DNA of 46,477 bases, taken from an uncultured Actinomycetota bacterium. GTDB lineage: Bacteria > Actinomycetota > Nitriliruptoria > Nitriliruptorales > JAHWKO01. The position numbers were made by a program, and so were the translations under genes. The notes under the pieces are model-generated. The model made no database searches. It was not told the origin of the DNA and worked only from the letters and a program-made list of their open reading frames with translations. Position 1 is the first letter of the stretch, and each line of letters starts with the position of its first letter. Location: contig CAZHZQ010000003.1 of assembly GCA_964537235.1 (NCBI GenBank), positions 1-46,477 on the forward strand, read 5' to 3'. This document shows positions 16,754 to 25,575 of the stretch, piece by piece.

Positions 16754-18427
16754 TTGCGCTCAAGCGTCCTGGTCCACGAAGTTCACCGGTCTGGCTTGCT
16801 GGCGCTCGTCGCCGCGACCGTCATGACCCTCATCGCTCTCACGTTGGCGCCGGTCAGTGTGTCCGCCGCCACGCTGGGTCTGGAGACCGCGGTCTCCATC
16901 GATCCACGGGTCGGGAGCATCGCCGCAGAGACGGGACAGGTCGATGTCATCGTCCGCGTGCTCCCCGGAGCCGAGGTCGATGCTGGCGAGCTGATCACCT
17001 CCTCAGGAGGGACGGTCGATCGCTACCTGCCGGTCGCTGACTCGTTGTCCGCGACCCTGACCCCTGAGGTCCTCGAGGCACTCGAGAACCGCCCGGATCT
17101 CGTGGTGGGTGTCACCCTCGACGGTCCCGTCCGCGTGCTCCACGACGCGACCGACGGCGACTACTACTCGGACTCGACGTTCGAGTACACGGTCGGAGCT
17201 GACGAGTTGCACGGGAGCGGCGTGGATGGTTCGGGCGTCGGCGTCGCGATGATCGACACCGGCGTGAACGAGGTGGCGGACCTCGAGGGTCGCGTCGTGC
17301 AGGGGATAGACCTCTCCGGCGAGGACGACGGTGTCGATCGGTTCGGACACGGGACGTTCGTCGCTGGGGTCATCGCCGGTGACGGTGCCTCGTCGAGCGG
17401 GATCTACGACGGTGTGGCACCGGGTGCCCACCTGGTCTCGATCAAGATCGCGGGGGAGGACGGTTCCAGTGACGTTTCCGAACTGCTCGCCGCCCTGCAG
17501 TGGGTGGTGAGCTTCAAGGACGCGTACGACATCGAGGTCCTGAACCTCGCGATCGGAACCGACTCCACGCAGTCCTGGACGATCGATCCGGTGAACTACG
17601 CCGTTCAGCGCGCGTGGGATGCGGGGATCGTCGTCGTGGTCGCGGCAGGCAACGTCGGCCCGGACAGCGGCACGATCCTCAAGCCGGCGGACGACCCCTA
17701 CGTCATCACGGCTGGCGCCTCCGACGGGATGAGCACGATCTCGCGGGGCGACGACGTCGTTCCGGACTTCTCGTCCCGAGGACCGACGGCGGACGGGATC
17801 GCGAAACCCGACCTCGTCGCTCCTGGTTCGCACCTGATCGGCCTGCGCGCGCCCGGATCGACGGTCGACGAGTTGGCTCCGTACGCCCGTGTCGGCGAGC
17901 ACTACTTCCGCGGCTCGGGGACCTCCTTCTCTGCCGGGGTCGTCTCGGGCGCGGCAGCCCTGCTGAAGCAGGCCCACTCGGACTGGACGCCTGATCAGGT
18001 CAAGGGGGCGCTCCTCGGCACGGCAGCCACCGGTCCGGTCGAGGATCCGCACGTCGACGGGCACGGCGCCCTCGATGTCGCCGCTGCTGCAGCGCTCACC
18101 GAACCCGCGCTCGCCAACCAGGATCTCGCGTCGAGCACGGGGGACGGCGGCATGAAAGCCTCCCGCGGAAGCTTCGTCGTCGAGGTCGTCCACTCCAACG
18201 GGGTCGAGGAACTGCTCGACGGCACCAAGAGCAAGGCAGCAACTGGCAAGTCGTTCGATCAGACGCAGTTCCTCGGGACGAACTGGCAGGGGACGAACTG
18301 GCAGGACAGCCAGTGGGCCGGTACGAACTGGCAGGGGACGAACTGGCAGGGGACGAACTGGCAGGGCACCAACTGGCAGGGCACCAACTGGCAGGGGACG
18401 AACTGGCAGGGCACCAACTGGCAGTGA
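16754..18427 (+). CDS. Secreted S8 serine peptidase 2 with C-terminal GTNWQ pentapeptide array
   Basis: TTG 16754 after RBS GGAGG (ORF open from 16643); signal-peptide-like segment; MIDTG, HGTFVAG, AAGN, KPDLVAPG, GTSF; clear paralog of peptidase 1; tail (GTNWQ)x2-DSQWA-(GTNWQ)x7-stop. Confidence 0.92.
   Translation: MRSSVLVHEVHRSGLLALVAATVMTLIALTLAPVSVSAATLGLETAVSIDPRVGSIAAETGQVDVIVRVLPGAEVDAGELITSSGGTVDRYLPVADSLSATLTPEVLEALENRPDLVVGVTLDGPVRVLHDATDGDYYSDSTFEYTVGADELHGSGVDGSGVGVAMIDTGVNEVADLEGRVVQGIDLSGEDDGVDRFGHGTFVAGVIAGDGASSSGIYDGVAPGAHLVSIKIAGEDGSSDVSELLAALQWVVSFKDAYDIEVLNLAIGTDSTQSWTIDPVNYAVQRAWDAGIVVVVAAGNVGPDSGTILKPADDPYVITAGASDGMSTISRGDDVVPDFSSRGPTADGIAKPDLVAPGSHLIGLRAPGSTVDELAPYARVGEHYFRGSGTSFSAGVVSGAAALLKQAHSDWTPDQVKGALLGTAATGPVEDPHVDGHGALDVAAAAALTEPALANQDLASSTGDGGMKASRGSFVVEVVHSNGVEELLDGTKSKAATGKSFDQTQFLGTNWQGTNWQDSQWAGTNWQGTNWQGTNWQGTNWQGTNWQGTNWQGTNWQ
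18275..18424 (+). repeat. 15-bp coding tandem repeat (GTNWQ): 2 copies + DSQWA unit + 7 copies
   Basis: GGGACGAACTGGCAG / GGCACCAACTGGCAG / GGTACGAACTGGCAG units; only synonymous variation. Confidence 0.97.
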
Positions 18428-18453
18428 GCTGACGAGCCGAGGGCGATGAGGGG

Positions 18454-20736
18454 ATGGACGGTGGAGGCAGGTTGAGGACCTACGTTCCCGCCGTGTCCCT
18501 TGCTGGGACCGTTGCCGTCGCCGCGTTCGCCGTGGTACGGCCTGCGTGGCCGATCGACTGGTTCCTCGCGACGGTCCTCGTCCTCGCGATGGCCGTCAGC
18601 CTGCACACGAACATCCGCTACCAACGCCGGGGTGGCGTACAGGGCCTGCACGTGAACGACGGCATCATGGTGGCCCTCCTCTTCACCGTTCCGGCGGGCG
18701 CGGTCCCGGTTCTGAGTGCGCTCGCCGCCATCCTGGGCAACGCGGCGCGAACCAAGGACGCACGCAAGGTGGTGTTCAACGCCGGCGCACAGGGGCTCGC
18801 GACGCTGGCTGCGACGATCGCGTTCCACGCCCTCTGGAGTGGGCAGAGCGTGCTCGAGATGCAGGCGTTGTTGGCGGTCGTTGCGAGCTTGATCGTCTAC
18901 AACCTCTTCGACATCGCGTTGTACGGGCAACTGTTCCATCTGCTCGAGGGGCGCCCGTACCGCGAGCTGCTGGCCGAGTCCATACCGCTGTACACCGCGT
19001 CATGGACCGGCAACCTGCTCGGCGGTCTCCTCCTCGCGTTCATCGTGACCACCAACCGCACCGCGACGCTGTTCGCGTTCGTGCTCGTCGTCGGCATGCA
19101 CCTCGGTTACCGCGGGTACGCCATGGCGATCGAGGAACGGAGCCGCAACCAGAACTACCACTCGGTGACCCGCATCCTCACCGAGGCCGTGACCTCCGAG
19201 TACTCGATCGAACGGTTCCTCGCAGCCATGGAGGAGCTCTTCGGTGCGGCCGGGATCGAGCTCGTGACGGTGGTCGAGGACGGACCGACGCTGTACCGGT
19301 ACGCGGACGGCACGTTGCAGACCTCGCACCGGATGCCGGAGTCCGGGGAGGCTCTCTCGGAGGCGCTCCGACGGGGAGGGCCCGTGCAGTACCACGTCGG
19401 GTCCGAGGGCGAACCGCAACCCGACGCTCGCACCGCGGACCACCAGGTCATGGCGGCGCCCCTGACCTACCGCGGTCTGACGATCGGAGCGCTCGCGGTG
19501 CACGGGCGGCGCGGGCTCGAGACGCAGGAGGATCAGGAACTGCAGGTCCTCGCGTCGATCGCGAACGACGCGGCGATCGCTCTGCAGAACGTGCAGCTGT
19601 TCCGCTCGGTCGAGCACGAGCGGTCCCTGCTGGCAGAGGAGTCACAGAAGCTGCAGGACATCCTCGATGCGGCGTCCGACGGGATCGCCATGGTCGACGC
19701 GGATGGGCGGATCGTGGCCTGGAACCCGGCCATGGCGGCTCTCACAGGGACGGAACGCCGAGACGCCCTCAGCCACCCCTGGTTCATGGCGTTGCGGTTC
19801 CGTGATCCGAGCGGGGAGGAGCTGGCGGTGGACGGCGGCGGACCGTTGCAGACCGTCCTGGAAGGCGGCGCCCTCTCCGAACCGCTGGACCTGCAGGTGC
19901 TCCGGAGGGACGGGGAGTGGCGGTGGGTGCGGTGCACCTTCTCCCCGGTCCGCCGCGACGACGACGGGAACGTCGGGGTGGTGCTCGTCGCCCGTGACGT
20001 CACCCGGGAGCGTGAGACCGAGGAGATGAAGACGGACTTCATCGCCACGGTCTCGCACGAGCTGCGGACCCCCTTGACGCCGCTGAAGGGGTTCCTGGTG
20101 ACGTTGCTCGAGGGGCGGGATCGCATCGACCCCGACGATCTCGAGACGTTCCACCGGTCGATGCTGCGGCAGGTGGAACGTCTCGAGACGCTCGTCGCCG
20201 ACCTGCTCGTCGTCGCGGACCTCGACGGTGGTGCGATCAGGCTGCGCGCGGCGGTGAACCCCGTCCACGAGATCGTGGAAGCCGCCGTGGCTCTCGAGCG
20301 ACCGCTGGTCGATCCCGACCGCGTGCAGATCGTCGCCTCCGAAGACCTGCAGGTCGTCGGGGACCGGGGCGCGATCCAGCGGATCGTCCAGGCGTTGCTG
20401 AGCAACGGGGTCAAGCACACCAACGGGACCGTGCAGGTACGGATACACGGTGACGACCGACGGGCCCACATCGAGGTCGAGGACGAGGGGCCCGGGATCG
20501 CACCGGCCGATCAGGACCGCATCTTCCAGCGCTTCACCCGGCTCGGTCACCACTTGACGCGGGCGACCCAGGGCTCGGGGCTGGGTCTGTCGATCGCGCG
20601 CAGTCTGGCGGAACGTCTCGGTGGGGACCTGACGGTCAGTTCCGATCCCGGCCGGGGGGCGGTGTTCACGCTCTCCCTGCCGTTGGCGGGCCCGCGGACG
20701 GTCGCCGACCTCGGGAGACGTTCGGAGGCGGGATGA
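18454..20736 (+). CDS. Membrane sensor histidine kinase 2 (multi-TM sensor + GAF + PAS + HisKA + HATPase), paralog of kinase 1
   Basis: TM region with QRRG and KVVFN; GYRGY; GAF; PAS ([19 protein letters not shown]); H-box [34 protein letters not shown]. Confidence 0.92.
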   Translation: [760 protein letters not shown]

Positions 20737-22406
20737 CGGCACCACCGAAGACGGGGACGTACCATCGCCCCGTTCACGAGCCGCAGCGGGAGCACATGGC
20801 TGACGAGAAGGCTTCGATCACCGAGCTCGACGGCTCGACCTACCCCACGGGCTGGATCGCCCCGAGACTGCGCCCCTCGCCCTCGATCGAGTCGATCGAA
20901 CGTCGCCGAACGCAACTCTGGCTCGTCGCGGGTCTCCTGCTGCTGGCGTTCTCTACGACCATCATCCTGTTGTTCCTCGGTGAGAACCCGACGGACCTGC
21001 TGCCCGAGGCCCCGGCGTTGCGCTGGAGCTTCCTCGGGCTCTCGCTCGCGTTCATCCTGTACGTGATCGATCAGGAGCGACGGCTCCGACGGCTGACCGG
21101 GGCGCTGATCGACGAGCGGGTCCTGACCTCGTCTCTCCAGGCACGGATTGCGGACCTCGCCACGCTGACGAAGGTCGGCAGGGTCGTGAACTCGGTCCTG
21201 ACGCTCGAGGAGGTCCTCGAGGTCATCGTGACGTCGGCGTTCGAGCTGACGGGTGCCAACAACGGTTCGGTGATGCTGCGGGAGGGCGACGATCTCCGTG
21301 TCGCCGCCAGTGCCGGTGCGACACCGGCACCGCTGGGAACGACGCTGCCCTTCGGGTCGGGCGTCGCCGGGTGGGTGGCGGAGCGCGGCAGGCCCCTGAT
21401 GATCAACGGGCGGCTGGGCAGCGATCAGTTCCCCGGATCCCGACACTCCGAGCGTGCGGGCTCGTCGCTCGTCGCCCCGATGTTGGCCGCGGGTGAGCTG
21501 CTGGGCGTGCTCGCCGTCGAACGGCCTGCCGAGGCGGAGGCGTTCACCGAGACCCAACTGCGCTCGGTCGCCCTGTTCGCCGAGCACGCGGCGACCGCGG
21601 TGTCCAACGCGTACCGGTACGGCGCGGAGCGCAACACCGTCGAGGAGCTCGCCGACGTCCTCGAGCGGCGTTCCGAGTTCGTGGCCACGATGGTCCACGA
21701 GCTCAAGACTCCCCTGACGGTGATCATCGGCTTCGCGTCCGTCCTCGAGACCAAATGGGACCGCCTCGATCAGGTGCGGAAGATCGACGCGATCAGCACG
21801 ATCCGATCGCAGTCGGACCGGCTCCGGTCGATGGTCGACGAGGTGCTGCGGACCGCCAGCGCCGAGGCCGGCGCCGAACCGCGCCGCGAGGATGTCGATG
21901 TCGGCGGCTTGCTGACGCAGCTGATCGAGACCACGGCGACCCTGGCTCAGGAGCGCGACGGCCAGGACCGACTGATCCGGCTGGCCGGCGCCGATGGTGA
22001 CACGATGGTCCTCGGCGATCCGGACGCCCTGTACCGCGTGTTCGAGAACCTCCTCGAGAACGCGGTCAAGTACTCGCCTCCGGGCACCCCGGTCGAGGTC
22101 CGCCTCGAACGTCGCGACGACGAGGTCCGGGTCGACATCACCGACCGCGGAGCGGGTATCCCCGAGGACGAGCTGCCGACGATCTTCGAGCGGTTCCGCC
22201 AGTCCGGCCACACGGTCAGCGGCGGGGTCGGACTCGGCCTGTACATCGTGCGCGTCCTCGTGCGGTCACACGGGGGCGACGTCTCCGTCCGGTCCACCCT
22301 CGGGGAGGGAACGACGTTCACGGTCACCCTGCCCGTCCGCCTGGAGACCGATGATGCCGACGACGTGGGCTCCGCGACCCCGGCCGAACTGCAGCGGGGC
22401 GGCTGA
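20733..22406 (+). CDS. Sensor histidine kinase 3 (2 TM + GAF + HisKA + HATPase); alternative start 20796
   Basis: Two TM helices; GAF (GSGVAGWVAERGRPL, SLVAPM); MVHELKTPL; NLLENAVKYS, DRGAGI, IFERF, GVGLGLYI; ATGA overlap with kinase 2. Confidence 0.9.
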   Translation: MTAPPKTGTYHRPVHEPQREHMADEKASITELDGSTYPTGWIAPRLRPSPSIESIERRRTQLWLVAGLLLLAFSTTIILLFLGENPTDLLPEAPALRWSFLGLSLAFILYVIDQERRLRRLTGALIDERVLTSSLQARIADLATLTKVGRVVNSVLTLEEVLEVIVTSAFELTGANNGSVMLREGDDLRVAASAGATPAPLGTTLPFGSGVAGWVAERGRPLMINGRLGSDQFPGSRHSERAGSSLVAPMLAAGELLGVLAVERPAEAEAFTETQLRSVALFAEHAATAVSNAYRYGAERNTVEELADVLERRSEFVATMVHELKTPLTVIIGFASVLETKWDRLDQVRKIDAISTIRSQSDRLRSMVDEVLRTASAEAGAEPRREDVDVGGLLTQLIETTATLAQERDGQDRLIRLAGADGDTMVLGDPDALYRVFENLLENAVKYSPPGTPVEVRLERRDDEVRVDITDRGAGIPEDELPTIFERFRQSGHTVSGGVGLGLYIVRVLVRSHGGDVSVRSTLGEGTTFTVTLPVRLETDDADDVGSATPAELQRGG

Positions 22407-22459
22407 ACGGGGTGCTGACCCGATAGCCTCGCCGGCTCCCCGACGTCCCGGATCACCAC

Positions 22460-23821
22460 GTGCCATTCCTCGACGTGCTCGACCTCCGCGGGGATCGTTC
22501 CGACCCTGCGACGAGGCTCCCGCGCCCCGCGGTGGATCTCGCCGGCATCCAGGACGACGTCCGGTCGATCCTGGCCGCGGTCCGTGACCGGGGCGACGAC
22601 GCCGTCCGCGAGCTGACCGACCGTTTCGACGGGGTCGAGATCGACCCGATCGAGGTCCCGCGGTCGATGCTGGAGCGCTCGCTCGAAACGCTGGATCCGC
22701 CGCTGCGCGCAGCGATCGGGGAGGCTGCGGCGCGGGTGCGGTGGTTCCACGAACACGCTCGACCCGCCGACTGGACCGAGACCCGCGGCGGGGTCCGCGC
22801 GGGTCAGCGCTTCCGTCCCCTGGCACGGGTCGGCGCCTACGTCCCCGGAGGGCTCGCGGCATACCCGTCCAGCGTGATCATGGCGGCGGTGCCGGCACGG
22901 GTTGCCGGCGTCGACGAGATCGTCCTGTGCACCCCACCGACCGGCGAGGGAGGTTGGCCGGACCGCACGATCCTCGCGGCGGCGGCGCTCCTGGGCGTCG
23001 ACCGTGTGATGCGGGTCGGCGGAGCGCAGGCGATCGCCGCGATGGCCTACGGCACCAGCAGCGTCCCGCGGTGCGACAAGATCGTCGGTCCGGGCAACCG
23101 GTGGGTCGCCGCCGCGAAGCTCCTGGTGCAGGCCGACGGGACCTGTGGTGTCGAGGGGTTCGCCGGTCCGACCGAGATCGCGATCATCGCGGACGGCCAG
23201 GCCGATCCGGTCCTGCTCGCCGCCGACCTGGTCGCCCAGGCGGAGCACGACGAGCTCGCGACCTGCATGCTTGTCACGCCGGACGCCGCTCTGGTCGAGG
23301 AGGTCGAGGCGGCGCTCGCCGACGAGGTCCCGGCGGCGCGCCACCAGGACCGGATCCGGGCGGCGCTGGCGGGGCAGGGAACGGTCGTGCTCGTCGACGA
23401 CATCGACCAGGCCGTCCGCGTGGTCGACGCGTTCGCTCCCGAGCACCTCGAGATCCAGACGGCATCGCCACGTGAGGTGGCAGAGCGGGTCCGTTTCGCC
23501 GGCGCCGTCTTCGTGGGGGCATCCACGCCGGTGTCCCTCGGCGACTACGCGGCCGGTCCGAACCACACCTTGCCCACCGCCCGAACGGCGAGGTTCCGGG
23601 GCGGCCTCAGCACCGCGGACTTCCTGGTCACGGTGAACGTGGTCGAGTACGGGGAGGACGAGCTGGCGGGACTCGCCCCGACCGTGCGACGTCTGGCCGA
23701 GGCGGAGGACCTGCCCGCCCACGCTCGGGCGGTCGCCGCTCGTACCGGGGACGAGGACCAGGGGGGCGACGAGGAGGGCGGCGACGGCGGCGGTGGCCGG
23801 CGCGGTGGGGAGCGGTCATGA
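22460..23821 (+). CDS. hisD: Histidinol dehydrogenase
   Basis: GAYVPGG..YPSS, GGAQAIAAMAYGT, KIVGPGN, AGPTE, QAEHD, APEHLEI, GDYAAGPNHTLPT. Confidence 0.96.
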   Translation: MPFLDVLDLRGDRSDPATRLPRPAVDLAGIQDDVRSILAAVRDRGDDAVRELTDRFDGVEIDPIEVPRSMLERSLETLDPPLRAAIGEAAARVRWFHEHARPADWTETRGGVRAGQRFRPLARVGAYVPGGLAAYPSSVIMAAVPARVAGVDEIVLCTPPTGEGGWPDRTILAAAALLGVDRVMRVGGAQAIAAMAYGTSSVPRCDKIVGPGNRWVAAAKLLVQADGTCGVEGFAGPTEIAIIADGQADPVLLAADLVAQAEHDELATCMLVTPDAALVEEVEAALADEVPAARHQDRIRAALAGQGTVVLVDDIDQAVRVVDAFAPEHLEIQTASPREVAERVRFAGAVFVGASTPVSLGDYAAGPNHTLPTARTARFRGGLSTADFLVTVNVVEYGEDELAGLAPTVRRLAEAEDLPAHARAVAARTGDEDQGGDEEGGDGGGGRRGGERS

Positions 23822-24879
23822 CCGAACGGATCCCGGTCCGTCCCGACCTGGCGGACGTCGAGCCGTACGGCGCACCCCAGCTCGACGTTCCGGTGCGTCT
23901 CAACACGAACGAGACCGCGCACCCGCCACCGGCCTCGTTCACGGAACAGGTCGCCGAACGGATCCAGGACCTGGGCCTGCACCGCTACCCGGACCGTGAC
24001 GCTCGCGAGTTGCGTGCGCGTCTCGCCGCGTTGCTGGACGCCGATCCGGCCGGCGTCTGGGCGGCGAACGGATCGAACGAGATCCTCCAGCAGCTACTCC
24101 AGGCGTACGGCGGACCGCAACGGCGGCTCCTGCTGTTCCGCCCGGGTTACTCGATGTACCCGTTGCTGGCCGCCGTCACGCGCACGCCGCACGTGGAGCA
24201 CGATCTCGACGACGACCTGCGGTTGGCCCCGGCGGCTGCCGCGGATGCGGTCGATGCGCACGATCCCGACATCATCCTGATCGCCCACCCGAACAACCCC
24301 ACCGGCATCCCCGTTCCGCACGCGGCGATCCGGGCCCTGCACGACCGGTCACGTGCCCTGGTCGTCGTGGACGAGGCCTACGTCGAGTTCGGAGCCGACA
24401 GCGTCCGACCGCTGCTGGATGCGCTCCCGCGGCTGGTGGTCAGCCGCACCTTCTCGAAGGCCTACCGGCTCGCCGGGCTGCGGTTGGGGTACCTGGTGGC
24501 CCGGCCGTGGGTGATCGACGACCTCCTGCGGGTCCGACTCCCCTACCACCTGGACGCGATCAAACAGGCGGCGGCGCTCGTCGCACTCGACCTCGGCCCC
24601 ACCATGCTCGACCACATCCCCGAGGTGACCACCGAACGGCAACGGGTCGCCGAACGCCTGCAGGGGTCGCCTGCCGTCGCCGTGTACCCGTCGGAGGCGA
24701 ACTTCATCCTGTTCCGCACGGACGACCCCTCGCTGTTCGAGCGCCTGCTGGATCGCGGTGTGCTGGTCCGGGACTTCTCCGACGAACCCCGTCTCGAGGG
24801 ATGTCTGCGGGTCACGATCGGCGCCCCGGCCGAGAACGACGCCTTCCTGGAGGCGATCGAGGACATCGTCGCCTCCTGA
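23818..24879 (+). CDS. hisC: Histidinol-phosphate aminotransferase
   Basis: RLNTNE, RYPD, NGSNE, PNNPTG, DEAY, SRTFSKAYRLAGLRLG. Confidence 0.95.
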   Translation: MTERIPVRPDLADVEPYGAPQLDVPVRLNTNETAHPPPASFTEQVAERIQDLGLHRYPDRDARELRARLAALLDADPAGVWAANGSNEILQQLLQAYGGPQRRLLLFRPGYSMYPLLAAVTRTPHVEHDLDDDLRLAPAAAADAVDAHDPDIILIAHPNNPTGIPVPHAAIRALHDRSRALVVVDEAYVEFGADSVRPLLDALPRLVVSRTFSKAYRLAGLRLGYLVARPWVIDDLLRVRLPYHLDAIKQAAALVALDLGPTMLDHIPEVTTERQRVAERLQGSPAVAVYPSEANFILFRTDDPSLFERLLDRGVLVRDFSDEPRLEGCLRVTIGAPAENDAFLEAIEDIVAS

Positions 24880-24984
24880 CCGGCGGCGTGACCCGGGTTC
24901 GGGGGAGCGTCGGGCCTGCGGGTACGGTTGTCGGCTGCGAGCGCATCTCAGGTCCCACCCGCACGACGAGCCAGGAGCACCCCG

Positions 24985-25575
24985 TTGTCCGAACCCCGCC
25001 GCGCCACGGTCACGCGCGAGACCGGCGAGACGCGTGTCCACGTCGAGGTCGGCCTCGACGGCACCGGGACCACGGACGTCGGGACCGGGATCCCGTTCTT
25101 CGACCACATGCTCGACCAGCTGGGCCGTCACGGGAGGCTGGACCTGTCCGTGTCGGCCGACGGCGACCTGGAGGTCGACGCCCACCACACCGTCGAGGAC
25201 GTCGGCATCGCGCTCGGACAGGCGCTGGCCGAGGCGTGGGGCGACCGCGCCGGCATCGAGCGGTTCGGGAACGCGACCGTCCCGGTCGACGAGGTGCTGG
25301 TCCGGTCCGCGCTCGACCTGTCGGGCCGCCCGTACCTCGTCTACGAGGTCGAGACACCGGTCGAGCTGATCGGGACCTACGAGACGACGCTGACCCGCCA
25401 CTTCCTCGAGGCGCTCACCGCGAACGCGCGGCTCAGCCTGCAGGTGCACCTGCTGGAGGGCGGCAACAGCCACCACGTCCACGAGGCCGTGTTCAAGTCG
25501 CTGGCCACCGCGCTGCGGCGAGCCCTCGTGGTCACCGGTACGGAGGTGCGCTCCACGAAGGGTGTGCTGCAGTGA
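24985..25575 (+). CDS. hisB: Imidazoleglycerol-phosphate dehydratase
   Basis: RETGET, TGIPFFDHML, GDLEVDAHHTVED, NSHH..EA.FK, STKGVL; TTG start after AGGAG. Confidence 0.95.
   Translation: MSEPRRATVTRETGETRVHVEVGLDGTGTTDVGTGIPFFDHMLDQLGRHGRLDLSVSADGDLEVDAHHTVEDVGIALGQALAEAWGDRAGIERFGNATVPVDEVLVRSALDLSGRPYLVYEVETPVELIGTYETTLTRHFLEALTANARLSLQVHLLEGGNSHHVHEAVFKSLATALRRALVVTGTEVRSTKGVLQ

Noticed and set aside
14270-18424. The two 15-bp repeat arrays as CRISPR arrays
   Set aside because: Units are head-to-tail without unique spacers, in frame within CDSs, vary only synonymously, and no cas genes are present.
14255-18427. Tails as classical pentapeptide-repeat (A[DN]LXX, Qnr/MfpA-type) domains
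   Set aside because: The consensus differs (x-x-N-W-x), units are nearly identical and there are only 8-10 pentads. A solenoid fold is not excluded, but the family assignment is unsupported.
12710-22406. Conventional RiPP biosynthetic cluster
   Set aside because: No modifying enzymes (radical SAM, YcaO, LanM, P450), dedicated transporter or separate precursor gene nearby; only proteases and kinases.
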